A stretch of 62,863 nt of DNA from NCBI GenBank assembly GCA_019510095.1, contig JAEKLB010000022.1:1-62863 (forward strand), given 5' to 3'. The notes beneath the pieces were generated by a model. That model was not told the origin of the DNA. It worked only from the letters and a program-made list of their open reading frames with translations, and searched no databases. Every line of letters starts with the position of its first letter. Position 1 is the first letter of the stretch. Both the position numbers and the translations under genes were made by a program. Source of the DNA: Acidobacteriota bacterium. GTDB taxonomy: Bacteria > Actinomycetota > Acidimicrobiia > Acidimicrobiales > CADCSY01. Positions 8,754-18,900 of this stretch are shown here, one piece after another.

Positions 8754-10436
8754 ATGCACAGCGGTCGTAGGACCATCGGCGCGCTCGTCGCCACACTCGT
8801 TCTCTTGCTCGGCCTGACCAGCGCGACCAGCGTTTCGGCAGCGGCCAAGAAGCCGGCGAAGAAGTCGGCGAAGAAGAAGACGACGAAGAAGAAGACCACC
8901 AAGAAGGTGATCACCCGCGTCATTGACTCGCCATCGTCGTCCACGGCTGCGGGCGGCAAGGCCCGCCCGGCCAACGTCGACCCCGACGGCACCCTCGCCA
9001 TTGGCTTCGCCGCAGCCGCCAACTCCCTGGATCCGATAGCGCGGCCCACACCGCTCACCACCTACCTGTCGCCGCTCTACGACCGGCTCACCAACATCGA
9101 CGCAAATCTCAACGTCCAGCCGATGCTGGCGACGTCGTGGCGGTTCCCGGACCGCAGCACGATGGAGCTCACCCTCCGGACTGACGCCACCTTCGAGGAT
9201 GGCACCAAGTTCGATGCTGCCGCGGTCAAGGCCAACATCGAGCGCGACAAGCAGCCGAGCAGCGGCCTCTTCTCGCAACTGTCGGGTGTGTCCTCCGTGG
9301 AGGTCGTGCGTCCTGACCTCGTGCGCTTCCACCTGTCCTCGGGCGGAACCGAGCTGCCGGGTCTCCTCGCCACGCAGGCGGGGATGATGATGAGCCCGAA
9401 GGTGATTGCGAGCGGGGTGAAGCTCGACAATGGCACCCATGGCGCTGGCTCCGGTCCATACACCGTGAGCAGCTTCGTCCCTGGTGACAAGATCACCTAC
9501 AAGCAGTCAAGCCTTGTCACCAGCGGAAGCTACTGGGACAAGGGTGCCGGCCTGCTGAAGCAGATGAGCATCCAGTACATCGTGCAGAACATCCAGCGCA
9601 TCAATGCTGTGCGGTCGGGCGATCTCGACCTGGGGTTCGTCACGGGCTCCGATGTGGCCACTGCGGCCAAGGCCATCAAAGACGGCACGGTCCAGGGCAT
9701 CACCGTCGACGTCCCCCTGACCGAAGCCGTGTTCCAGATGCGTCAGACGCGCCCGCCATTCGACAACCTGCAGTTCCGCCAGGCGATGGAGTACGGCATC
9801 AACAAGGAGCTCTTCAACCAGGCGATCTACGAAGGCCAGTGTGCTCCGTCGAACATCTTCTGGACACCGTCCCACTGGTCGTATTCGAAGTCGGCTGACT
9901 CGATCTACCACTTCGACCATGACAAGGCCCAGCAGCTCGTCAAGCAGAGCGGCATCTTCAACCCCACCTTCACCATGGGTTATTCGGCGATCTTCGCCCA
10001 GCAGGCCCAGGTCATCCAGGGCATGCTCGGCGACTACGGCATCAACGTGAAGCTCGAGCTCCTGCCCACAGGTGACACACGCTTCCAGACCGGCCAGCTC
10101 GATGCCCTCTACGGCGCGGCGACAGCGCCGGGTGTCGATCCGCTCGGCTACATCAAGGCGTTCTACCTCGGGACGTCGGGCCTCGGGCTGTACAACGACG
10201 CCGACGCCTCCGTCACCAAGGCCCTTGCCCAGGCATCGGATCCGAGCACGCCGCAGGTGACTGCCAAGGCGCTCTACGACACCATCTACACGAAGCTGGC
10301 CAACCAGGCAGTCCAGGTCGATCTCTGCCACATTCGGCAGGCGTACGTCCACGCTGGCAAGGTCGCCAACATCAGCGACGTCGGCTTCAAGTTCAGCGGC
10401 CTGCCCGACTTCCGTTACTTGTACGTGAAGAAGTAG
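8754..10436 (+). CDS. ABC transporter substrate-binding protein, family 5 (OppA/DppA-like)
   Basis: Signal peptide, then LYDRLT...PMLATSW...LTLRTDATFEDGTKFDAAAVKANIER, GSGPY and RQAMEYGINKE. ATG 8754 after a G-rich RBS. Confidence 0.9.
   Translation: MHSGRRTIGALVATLVLLLGLTSATSVSAAAKKPAKKSAKKKTTKKKTTKKVITRVIDSPSSSTAAGGKARPANVDPDGTLAIGFAAAANSLDPIARPTPLTTYLSPLYDRLTNIDANLNVQPMLATSWRFPDRSTMELTLRTDATFEDGTKFDAAAVKANIERDKQPSSGLFSQLSGVSSVEVVRPDLVRFHLSSGGTELPGLLATQAGMMMSPKVIASGVKLDNGTHGAGSGPYTVSSFVPGDKITYKQSSLVTSGSYWDKGAGLLKQMSIQYIVQNIQRINAVRSGDLDLGFVTGSDVATAAKAIKDGTVQGITVDVPLTEAVFQMRQTRPPFDNLQFRQAMEYGINKELFNQAIYEGQCAPSNIFWTPSHWSYSKSADSIYHFDHDKAQQLVKQSGIFNPTFTMGYSAIFAQQAQVIQGMLGDYGINVKLELLPTGDTRFQTGQLDALYGAATAPGVDPLGYIKAFYLGTSGLGLYNDADASVTKALAQASDPSTPQVTAKALYDTIYTKLANQAVQVDLCHIRQAYVHAGKVANISDVGFKFSGLPDFRYLYVKK
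8847..8906 (+). repeat. Imperfect AAGAAG-based tandem repeat encoding a Lys-rich linker (KKPAKKSAKKKTTKKKTTKK)
   Basis: aagaagccggcg aagaagtcggcg aagaagaagacgacg aagaagaagaccacc aagaag, seen directly. Confidence 0.8.
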
Positions 10437-10510
10437 TCCCTACCGGTCGCGCGTTCAATGCACGGGGCGACCGTCACGCGCTGGCAAGCCAATGCAAGGA
10501 AGGGCTTCAG

Positions 10511-12847
10511 GTGACCATCACCAACACGGACGCGGACGAGCACGGAGCGCTGCACGGGGTGCGAGTGCTCGAAATCGCCGACAGCATCGCCGGTACGACC
10601 GCGGCCATGCTGCTCGGCGATCTCGGGGCTGACGTCGTGCGCGTCGAAGGGCAGAGGGCCTCGCTCGCCCGAGATCCGGGCTACGTCTGCTGGACGCGCA
10701 ACAAGATGGTCGTAGAGCTCGACCGGGCAACCCCTGCCGGGTTGACGGAGATCCGCCGCCTGGTGGCCGCGACCGACGTTGTGGTTACCGACCTGGGCCG
10801 CGCCGAGCTCGAGCAGCTGCGGCTCGACGCCGCCAGTGTGCGGGCAGTGAACGAACGCGTCGTGCACATCTGGGAGCCCGCCTATGGGCATGTTGGGCAG
10901 TGGAGCAACCTGCCCCACGACCATGTCGTGCTCGGAGCCGTCAGCGGGCACGCGGGCGTCGGGATAGGCGCCCCGGCCGGGTCGCCGCTCAAGCCGTCGT
11001 CGGTCGTTGTGCCACTGCTCGCCTACCAGCAGGGCGCCATGGCGGCGACGGCGGCCGTGGCCGGGCTCTTCCGTCGGGCACGCACCGGCGTGGCACAGGC
11101 GGCATCGACGAGCGGTCTGCAGTCCGTGGCCGCGATGCTCGCCGCGGTCATGGCCGATGCACCACGCAAGGCAGCGGGCGGCGGCAGCGGCGGCCTCCCG
11201 CACTATCGGATGTATCAGTGCGGCGACGGCGAATGGCTCTTCCTGGGCGCGCTCGCGCAGCCGTTCTTTCTGCGCGCGCTCGAGGTACTCGAGCTGATGG
11301 ATGTCATGGTCATGCCCGGTGTCGACGGCCAGTGGCTGAATCTTCAGCTGGCGGACGTCGCCCCAACCGTCATCGAACGCCTCGCGGCCCGCTTCCAGGA
11401 GCGTTCCCGCGACGAGTGGCTGAAGGTGCTCTACGAGGCCGACGTTCCCTGCGCCCCGCTGAGCACTCGCGACGAGTGGTTCGACAGCGAGACCGTGGCA
11501 CTCAACGGCTGGCGCGTGGCACGTCCGCATGCCGAGCTTGGCGTCGTTGACCTGCCGAGCCCGCCCCTGCGGATGTCGGACGCAGCGACGGAGGTGCGTC
11601 ACCTGGCGGATGGCACGCGGCGTGTCGCCCCGGGCACCTGCTGGACGGCGCCTCCGCCCGCCTTGCCGGCGGCGACTGCGCCCGAACTTGCCGACGCAGC
11701 GCCGCTCGCGGGCATCCGAGTCCTGGATCTGGCCGCCTTCGTTGCGGGGACCTTCGGCCCATCGATCCTCTGTGATCTCGGTGCCGAGGTCATCAAGGTC
11801 GAGGCACCGGGGGGTGACCCCTACCGAGACTTCCCAATCTCGTTCGCCGCCTTCAACCAGTCGAAGCGCGGCCTTGGGCTCGACATGAAGCAGGTCGAGG
11901 GCCGAGCTCTCTTCCTGGAGCTCGTCGCGGGTGTCGATGTGGTCGCCGATGGGGTGCGACCTGGCGTGCGCACGCGTCTCGGAACCGACGCCGCCACGCT
12001 TCACCGCGTGAACCCTCGCCTCGTCCGCTGCTCGGTGACAGGCTGGGGGGAAGTCGGCCCCCTGGCCGAAACACCGGCGTTCGACCCTCTCGTGCAGTCC
12101 CGCAGCGGCCTTGCCGTCGCACAGGGCGGCCCAACCACGCCTCAGCTGATCCAAGGGATGTTGGTGCACGACATCGGCACCGGGACCCTCGCCGCCCTCG
12201 GCATCCTTGCCGCGCTGTACCAGCGTGAGACCGCAACTGGCCGGGGCCAAGAGGTCGTGCTCTCCTTGGCCAGCGCCTCGACCTTCTTCCAATCGGGCGA
12301 GCTCACCCGCTACGCGTCGAAGCCGGTATCGCCTGTTGGCAACCCGGGTTGGGCAGGGCCATCCGCGGTCCGGCGCCTCTACGAGTGTGTCGACGGCTGG
12401 ATCGTGGTCGGGGCCCGGGACGAGATCGAGGCGAGGACACTCGTCGACGAGCTCGGTCTCGACGTGACGCTGGTGGACCCGACGTCGCCGCAGGCGGCGT
12501 TACTCGCCGAGAGCGTTGGCGCCGCCATCGCGTCGTGCTCCTCGGCCGAGCTGGTCGACCGCTTGTGCTTGCGCGGCATCCCGGCGGCCGCAGTGCTGCC
12601 GCGGGACCACGTCTTCACGGACCCGTGGCTGGCAGAGAACGGCATGTTCCACCACGTCGAGCAGCCGGATCTAGGAACGTGCACGCTGATGAGCGGCTAC
12701 ATCACGTGGCCCGGGGTCCCTGTGGGCTATCGGGCGTACTCACCGGGAATCGGTGCCAACAGCCGGGAGGTCCTCGCCGAGCTCGGCGTGGACGCCGGGC
12801 GCATCGACGCGCTGCTGGCGACCGGTGCCGTTCACGGCACCGCCTAG
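10511..12847 (+). CDS. Family III (CaiB/BaiF) CoA-transferase with two tandem domains
   Basis: Two copies of the signature: LHGVRVLEI...LGDLGADVVRVE...RNK and LAGIRVLDL...LCDLGAEVIKVE...NQSKR. Confidence 0.9.
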   Translation: MTITNTDADEHGALHGVRVLEIADSIAGTTAAMLLGDLGADVVRVEGQRASLARDPGYVCWTRNKMVVELDRATPAGLTEIRRLVAATDVVVTDLGRAELEQLRLDAASVRAVNERVVHIWEPAYGHVGQWSNLPHDHVVLGAVSGHAGVGIGAPAGSPLKPSSVVVPLLAYQQGAMAATAAVAGLFRRARTGVAQAASTSGLQSVAAMLAAVMADAPRKAAGGGSGGLPHYRMYQCGDGEWLFLGALAQPFFLRALEVLELMDVMVMPGVDGQWLNLQLADVAPTVIERLAARFQERSRDEWLKVLYEADVPCAPLSTRDEWFDSETVALNGWRVARPHAELGVVDLPSPPLRMSDAATEVRHLADGTRRVAPGTCWTAPPPALPAATAPELADAAPLAGIRVLDLAAFVAGTFGPSILCDLGAEVIKVEAPGGDPYRDFPISFAAFNQSKRGLGLDMKQVEGRALFLELVAGVDVVADGVRPGVRTRLGTDAATLHRVNPRLVRCSVTGWGEVGPLAETPAFDPLVQSRSGLAVAQGGPTTPQLIQGMLVHDIGTGTLAALGILAALYQRETATGRGQEVVLSLASASTFFQSGELTRYASKPVSPVGNPGWAGPSAVRRLYECVDGWIVVGARDEIEARTLVDELGLDVTLVDPTSPQAALLAESVGAAIASCSSAELVDRLCLRGIPAAAVLPRDHVFTDPWLAENGMFHHVEQPDLGTCTLMSGYITWPGVPVGYRAYSPGIGANSREVLAELGVDAGRIDALLATGAVHGTA

Positions 12848-12857
12848 CGTCGTCAGG

Positions 12858-13487
12858 TCAGCCGAACGTCGTGCCCAGCACGTCGATATAGGCGGCGGCC
12901 CAGTCGGTGGGATCGCCCTGGCCGCCGCTGGTCCACCACATGGCGTAGGCCCGGCGTCCGATGGCGTGCATCGCCACCATCATGACCTCGGCCTGGCGAC
13001 GGTCAGCAGTGGGACCCATTCGACGTGTCAGCTCGGCGATGATCCGCTCCTCGGCGTCCATCTCCTCGGCCGACGCGCTCGCTTCCGTCCGTTGCAGCGG
13101 CACGTCGTGCAACACCTGCCAGCGCTTCAGAACCGTGAGGCGCTCCTCTTCGGGAACGACCACGCTGGCGAGAAGGGCCTTACTCATGGCATCGAACGCG
13201 CTGACACCTTTGGGCTGTTCTTCAAGGTGAAGTAACAGGCGGTCGATCAGGGTCGCGCCCGAGGCCAGCAGCACCGCGTCCTTCGACGGGAAGTACCGGA
13301 AGAAGGTGCGCAGCGATATGCCGGCGGCGTTGGCGATCTCGGCGACTGTGACGTCGTCATAGCTTCGCTCGCTGAAGAGGTCGAGTGCGGCGCGCTCGAT
13401 TGTCAACCGCACCTGGCGCCGACGTTGACGTCGGAGGGACTCAGTCGGAACGACTTCTTCGGTGCTGACCATGGCCGGGGATCTCAC
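12858..13487 (-). CDS. TetR/AcrR family transcriptional regulator
   Basis: AALDLFSERSYDDVTVAEIANAAGISLRTFFRYFPSK helix-turn-helix. GTG overlaps the VOC stop; ATG 13472 is an alternative start. Confidence 0.92.
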   Translation of the reverse strand: MRSPAMVSTEEVVPTESLRRQRRRQVRLTIERAALDLFSERSYDDVTVAEIANAAGISLRTFFRYFPSKDAVLLASGATLIDRLLLHLEEQPKGVSAFDAMSKALLASVVVPEEERLTVLKRWQVLHDVPLQRTEASASAEEMDAEERIIAELTRRMGPTADRRQAEVMMVAMHAIGRRAYAMWWTSGGQGDPTDWAAAYIDVLGTTFG

Positions 13488-13879
13488 GCAACCCGTCGGG
13501 TGATCTCGATGATGTTGCCGTCCGGATCAGCGAGCAACGCCATGGTCGTGGACTCGTTTGCGGTCTGGCGGATGATGGTCGCGCCCGCTGCCTCGGCCGA
13601 CGCGATGGTCTCTTCGACGTTCTGGATGCGCATCGTGAGATAGCGCAAGCCGGCGCAGCCGAGCAGTTCGTCCACCTTGGCCGCCGCTTCGGGAGGGGGA
13701 GCGGGGCAGACCATCTTTATGAGCGTGCCACCCGCGTCGAGCCAGTACACCTTGATCGCACCAACCTCGAGCTCGTCCGTGACGGCAAGACCGAGGAAGT
13801 CGCGGTAGAAGGCGAGCATGCGCTCCTCATCCCGCACGACGAGTGCTACTTCTGCGCCGCTGGTGAAGATGAGGGACAT
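13484..13879 (-). CDS. VOC (glyoxalase/bleomycin resistance) family protein
   Basis: VALVVRDEERMLAFYRDFLGL...ADPDGNIIEI. Confidence 0.85.
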   Translation of the reverse strand: MSLIFTSGAEVALVVRDEERMLAFYRDFLGLAVTDELEVGAIKVYWLDAGGTLIKMVCPAPPPEAAAKVDELLGCAGLRYLTMRIQNVEETIASAEAAGATIIRQTANESTTMALLADPDGNIIEITRRVA

Positions 13880-14032
13880 CGGTCTCCTGGCCTCGAGGAC
13901 GAGGCGGAGAGTACCGCGGGAAGACTGCGACGAAAGGGGTCGAGAGGGTCCTGGGCAGTGCGGATCGCGAAGCCAACACGCGGGTTCTACAGAGGCGCTC
14001 GTCGGTTGGGTTCTCGGTCAGTACGACGGCGC

Positions 14033-15253
14033 TCAGCTCCAGACGAGCGGCAACGGCCGTGGTGCCCGCGGCTGTACGGCGTAGTGCAGCTGGTGACCCG
14101 GGGCCAGCTGGTAGGCGGGGATGCGCTCGTGCCACACGGTCAGCGCGGTGACCATCTCCATACGGGCGAGGTGCGACCCCAGGCATCGGTGGAAGCCGGC
14201 GGCGAAACCGACGTGGGGGTTCGGCTGCCGGTCGAGGTCGACGGCTAGCGGGTCGGCGAAGACCGCCGGATCGAGGTTGGCCGCGGCCCAGGAGACGTGC
14301 ACGTCGGCACCCGCCGGGATCACCGTGCCGCTCGGCAGGACGACCTCGCCGGTGGTGACGCGGTAGCCGTCGGGTACGGGTGACTCGAACCGCATCAGCT
14401 CCTCGACGGCTGGGCGGATGAGCGCCGGGTCGGTCACGAGACGCTCGCGCTGGTCGGGGTGCTGGGCGAGATGGGCGAGGAAGCAGCTCAGCGCGGACGT
14501 CACCGTGTCGAGTCCCGCCACCATCAGGAGGCCGAGGATGTCGAGGATCTCCTCCTGGGTCAGGTGATGCCCGTCGACCTCGGCAGCGAGGAGGCCACCG
14601 ATCACGTCGTCGCCGGCCCCACCGCCGGCTGCCCTGCGTTCGAGCTCGGCGAGGAAGTACCCCTGGATCCAGGCCACACCCTGCTCCCGGCGAGCCAGCC
14701 GGTCCTCGGGCGAGGCGGTCGGGTCGGCGTTCGAGAGGATCAGCGACTTGAACCGCATGAAGTCGGCGAGGTCCTCGGAGGGAAGGCCCATGATCGAGAG
14801 GAAGATCGTCGACGGCAACGGCTCGCACCATGCGCCGTACGCATCGACCTCCCCGTCAGGCACGAAGCTGTCCAGCAAGTCGGACGCCAACGCCCGCACC
14901 GTGCCGGCGAGCGGAGCGACACGTCGTGCGGTGAAGATGGGATCGAGGAGCCGGCGGTACTTCCGGTGCTCCGGACCGTCGAGACCGAGCGGGATCGCCG
15001 GGCGGGGGCTGCCGAGGAACTTCGATCCCTGCTCGACGGCGTGGTGCTTGGTGAGATGGAGGAGGTCCTCCATGCTGAGGATCGAGTAGCGGGCGTCGCC
15101 GAGGTCGCGTACGGCCGATGCGTCCGCGGCGGCGACGTACATCGGCTGCGGCGACGGCCCGCCGCGCGCTGCCGCCTCACCAGGGCCGGCGAACGCCCGG
15201 GCGTAGAGCTCGATCATCGCTGCCACCGATTCGGCCTGGCTCACCTCGGCCAT
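14033..15253 (-). CDS. Cytochrome P450
   Basis: DGPEHRKYRR, I-helix AGLDTVT, ExxR (EELMR), heme ligand motif FAAGFHRCLG. Confidence 0.95.
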   Translation of the reverse strand: MAEVSQAESVAAMIELYARAFAGPGEAAARGGPSPQPMYVAAADASAVRDLGDARYSILSMEDLLHLTKHHAVEQGSKFLGSPRPAIPLGLDGPEHRKYRRLLDPIFTARRVAPLAGTVRALASDLLDSFVPDGEVDAYGAWCEPLPSTIFLSIMGLPSEDLADFMRFKSLILSNADPTASPEDRLARREQGVAWIQGYFLAELERRAAGGGAGDDVIGGLLAAEVDGHHLTQEEILDILGLLMVAGLDTVTSALSCFLAHLAQHPDQRERLVTDPALIRPAVEELMRFESPVPDGYRVTTGEVVLPSGTVIPAGADVHVSWAAANLDPAVFADPLAVDLDRQPNPHVGFAAGFHRCLGSHLARMEMVTALTVWHERIPAYQLAPGHQLHYAVQPRAPRPLPLVWS

Positions 15254-15292
15254 CGATCCCCCTCGGATCAGTCGCGCCGGTCCGCGGCGCGG

Positions 15293-16600
15293 TCAGCGGA
15301 GTAGGAACTTCTCCAGGTTGTCGCGCATGATCAGCTTCTGGTCCTGTTCGCTGAAGGCCGACAACTGGGCCTCGACGTACTTCGAGGGGTACGCCAGCCC
15401 CTCGCCGTGGGGGAAGTCCGAGCCGAACACGATCGGCTCGATGCCGACCTCGGCCACCACCCGCTGGACGTTCTCCTCCGGGTACGGCGCCACGACGAAG
15501 TGCTGCCGGAAGATCTCGGACGGACGCCGGTCGAGCCGCCCATTCTCGGCCCACTTGGCCTTGCGCCCCATCAGGAAGGCGTGATCCATCTTGCGCATGG
15601 TGTACGGGAGCCACACGGTGCCCATCTCCGAGAGGCAGACCTTCATGTTCGGGAAGCGCCCGAAGAAGTTGTGCAGGATCAAGCCCGAGGTGAGCTCCAT
15701 GGCCGGGCGGTCACCCCAGTACATCATCCACTGGAAGGCGTCGAAGTCGCCGAACACGGCCTCGGGGTCCTCTGACCAGTCGGCGCCGTACTTCTGGTAA
15801 TCGGTGCCGCCCAGGTGAACGGCCAGCCGGATGTCGGCCTCGTTGCAGATCGACCAGAAGCGGTCGAAGGCCGGATCCGCCAATGACCGTCCGCCGAACG
15901 GGTTGTCGCGACCGCCGTGGGCATGGCCCGACTTCGTCTGGATCATCGTCGCGCCGTCGGCGATGACGGTCTCCAGCTCCTGCACGGCCAGGACGGGGTC
16001 GGCCAAGGCGATGTAGGGCGGCACCCACATCCGGTTCTGGGCGACGTAGCCGACCTCTTCCTTGATCCACCGGTTGAAGGCGCGGATGTTGGCGTACAGC
16101 GCCTCGATGTTGTCGGCGAACTCGTACTCGATGTCGTGGGCCGCGGCGGGGAACATCAACGCCTTGTCGATTCCCTGCTCGTCCATCAGCGCCAAGCGCA
16201 GGTCGCGGTTCCCGTAGGCCTCGGAGCGGTGCCGCCACTCGTCGATGAACGCCTTTCGCTCCTCTTCGCTGAGGTCCCGCAAGGGGTTCAGGCGGTTCAG
16301 CTTCACGCCCGGAACGTCACGCCGGATCAGGTCCGAGTCCTGGGGGTCGAACGCGACCGGCGCGCCCAACATCTTGGTGAGCTCCTCTTGCGAGAACGTC
16401 ACCTGGCCGGACGCGGAGCTCAGGAACTTGGACGGCTGCCCTGCGAACAGTTGCATCCGTCGCCCGTCCGGCGTCAGGACGTACCGAATGGCCAGGTGGA
16501 GCTTGGACGGATCGATGTAGCGCTCGAAGCAGTCCGGGGGTTCGGTGAAGTGATTGTCGGCGTCGTTGATGCTGTAGGGAAGGTCGCTCGTCACAGCCAT
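15293..16600 (-). CDS. Amidohydrolase family 2 protein
   Basis: DADNH metal motif, AVHLGG, SEMGTVWLP, FGSDFPHGEG. Start trimmed to ATG 16600 behind GAGGAGG. Confidence 0.9.
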   Translation of the reverse strand: MAVTSDLPYSINDADNHFTEPPDCFERYIDPSKLHLAIRYVLTPDGRRMQLFAGQPSKFLSSASGQVTFSQEELTKMLGAPVAFDPQDSDLIRRDVPGVKLNRLNPLRDLSEEERKAFIDEWRHRSEAYGNRDLRLALMDEQGIDKALMFPAAAHDIEYEFADNIEALYANIRAFNRWIKEEVGYVAQNRMWVPPYIALADPVLAVQELETVIADGATMIQTKSGHAHGGRDNPFGGRSLADPAFDRFWSICNEADIRLAVHLGGTDYQKYGADWSEDPEAVFGDFDAFQWMMYWGDRPAMELTSGLILHNFFGRFPNMKVCLSEMGTVWLPYTMRKMDHAFLMGRKAKWAENGRLDRRPSEIFRQHFVVAPYPEENVQRVVAEVGIEPIVFGSDFPHGEGLAYPSKYVEAQLSAFSEQDQKLIMRDNLEKFLLR

Positions 16601-16925
16601 GTCGTCCTCCTCGACGTCGCTCCGGCCATCATCGCGCCGCCCGTCGGCACCTCGCATGGCGCCCGTCAGCGCTGACCACACAGCGAGGAGAAGCGACGAC
16701 GCGGCGGGGAGACTTGTAGGACGGCCGTAACCGAGTGTTGTTCGTGCCGTTTTGGATCCGACCACGTCGTCTGGATAGGTTTGTCGCATTCAGGGTGATT
16801 CGCCCATCAGTGACGAACGCCGTCGGTCAGCACGCTGACCAGACGACCGCATCCGACCCGACGACATCTGCGCACCTTCCGCATCACGTGCGGCCGAGCG
16901 GCGCCCGGACCCCAAGGACTGGATC

Positions 16926-17723
16926 ATGCGCCTGGACATCGTCATTCCCGCTCACAACGAGCAGGACCGCATCGCCCGAACGTTGCGGGCCTACAGCGCC
17001 GTCCTGACCGACCCGTCTGTGCGGTTCCATGTCGCGCTCGACCAGTGCACCGATCGCACCGTGGACGTCGTCCGGGAGCAGGCCGTCCACGACGAGCGCA
17101 TCGTCGTGCACGAGTACCCGAAGCTGGGGAAGGGCGGTGTCGTCATGGAGACCTTCCGCCGTTGCGGCGGCGACGTGATCGGCTTCGTCGACGCCGACTG
17201 CTCCACGCCGCCAGCCGAGTACCTCCGCCTCGTCGACGTGGTCGCGGCCGGTGCCGATGTCGCGATCGCCTCTCGTTGGCACCCATCGGCGGTGGTGCCC
17301 CGGCCACGCTCACGAGCGCGCCGCGCCACCAGCTCGGTGTTCCCGTTGCTGGTGGCGGCGCTGTTCCGGCTCGGCGTTCGCGACACGCAGTGTGGCGCCA
17401 AGGTGGCGCGTCGAGCGGTGCTCGACACCGCCCTGCCGCTCCTGTCGTCACGGGACTTCCTGTTCGACGTCGACCTGCTCGTCGTCGCCAGCCACTTCGG
17501 GTACCGGGTCATCGAGGTGCCGACCGTCTGGGTCGACCGCGACGGCTCCCACTTGCACCCATTCGCCGACGCGCGGCGGATGGCAGCGTCGTCATTTCGC
17601 CTGTGGCTCCACCACCGCGTGCTGCCGTTGCCGGCTCCAGGGCAGCGCGAGGCGGTCGTCGACGCCGAGGTCATCGACCTCCGGGACCATGACGCCGAGG
17701 AGGTGCGCGATGCCGTCCGCTGA
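16926..17723 (+). CDS. Glycosyltransferase family 2, polyprenol-phosphate glycosyltransferase (DPM/DPG synthase-like)
   Basis: IVIPAHNEQ, GKGG, FVDADCST, ASR, DTQCGAK, FDVDLL. Confidence 0.88.
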   Translation: MRLDIVIPAHNEQDRIARTLRAYSAVLTDPSVRFHVALDQCTDRTVDVVREQAVHDERIVVHEYPKLGKGGVVMETFRRCGGDVIGFVDADCSTPPAEYLRLVDVVAAGADVAIASRWHPSAVVPRPRSRARRATSSVFPLLVAALFRLGVRDTQCGAKVARRAVLDTALPLLSSRDFLFDVDLLVVASHFGYRVIEVPTVWVDRDGSHLHPFADARRMAASSFRLWLHHRVLPLPAPGQREAVVDAEVIDLRDHDAEEVRDAVR

Positions 17724-18900
17724 CGTGGCGATGGTCGCGCCGTACCCGACGGCCGACGGTCGGGTCCGCTCCGGGGTCGAGTCCTACGTCGCCAGCCTCA
17801 CCGGTGCCATGGCCAAGGCCGGTGCTGAGGTCGTCGTCATCGCGCCGCACGAGGACGGCGAAGCCGATCGGCGTGTCCACGACGGCGTGCGGGTCGAGCG
17901 CTCCTTCCGTCGTGGCCCCGCGGCCCTGCCCGCGGCCGCCCGAGCGGCGGCCCGCAGTGGGGCGCCGGTGGTGCACCTGCAGCACGAGGTCTTTCTCTAC
18001 GGCGGGCCGGCTTCGGTGCCGGGACTTCCCTGGGCGCTGGCTCGCCTGCGGGGCGCCGGCTGCCCGGCGGTCGTGACCCTCCACCACGTGGTCGATCCTG
18101 CCGGCGTCGATCGCGACTTCACCCGCCTGCACCGTGTGCGGGTTCCGGCCGGCCCGGCGCGGGTGGCCCTGAGCGGCGTGCAGGCGGCGGTACGCCGACT
18201 GTCGTCGGTCGCAGTGGTGCACGAGCCGGGCTTCGCCCCGGTGGTACCCGGTGCTCGGGTGATCCCGCTCGGCATCGAGCCGACTCCGCCCGGCGACCGC
18301 GTCACCGAGCGGGCCCGGCTCGGCCTCGACGACGAACGCCTCACGGTCCTGTGCTTCGGGTTCCTCAGCCCGTACAAGGGCTTGGAGGCGGCGCTGGCGG
18401 CCGCCGAGTTGGCCGCCGCCGACGTCGAGCTCGTGGTGGCGGGCGGACCCCATCCCCGCCTCGTCGGTCGGGACAGCTACGCCGACCAGCTGGTCGCCAG
18501 AGGATCGACCGCGGCCCGGTTCACCGGCTTCGTCGACGACCGGGACGTGCCGGCCTGGTTCGCCGCAGCCGACATCGTCCTCGTCCCCTACCCGCGCCCG
18601 TTCTCGAGCAGCGGACCGCTCGGCCTGGCCCTCGGGTACGGCCGGCCCGTGCTGCTGTCGTCGGCGATGGCCGCGTGCGTCGGAGCGCCCGAGCTCGGGA
18701 CGTCATGTGAGCCCCGGGCGCTCGCGGCACGACTCGTCGAGCTGGCCCGCCACCCCGAGGCGAGGGCCGGTCTGGCTACCGCGTCCTCGGAGCTGGCCCG
18801 CGGGCGGACCTGGTCGTCGGTGGCGGAGCGCCATCTCGAGCTCTACGAGGAGGTGCGGCATGGGGCGCGTTCTGGTCACGACCGCCTACCGGTGGTCTGA
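17710..18900 (+). CDS. Glycosyltransferase family 4 (GT-B)
   Basis: SGVESY, HLQHE, CFGFLSPYKGLE, SSSGPLGLALGYGRPV. Start trimmed to ATG 17710. Confidence 0.85.
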   Translation: MPSADVAMVAPYPTADGRVRSGVESYVASLTGAMAKAGAEVVVIAPHEDGEADRRVHDGVRVERSFRRGPAALPAAARAAARSGAPVVHLQHEVFLYGGPASVPGLPWALARLRGAGCPAVVTLHHVVDPAGVDRDFTRLHRVRVPAGPARVALSGVQAAVRRLSSVAVVHEPGFAPVVPGARVIPLGIEPTPPGDRVTERARLGLDDERLTVLCFGFLSPYKGLEAALAAAELAAADVELVVAGGPHPRLVGRDSYADQLVARGSTAARFTGFVDDRDVPAWFAAADIVLVPYPRPFSSSGPLGLALGYGRPVLLSSAMAACVGAPELGTSCEPRALAARLVELARHPEARAGLATASSELARGRTWSSVAERHLELYEEVRHGARSGHDRLPVV

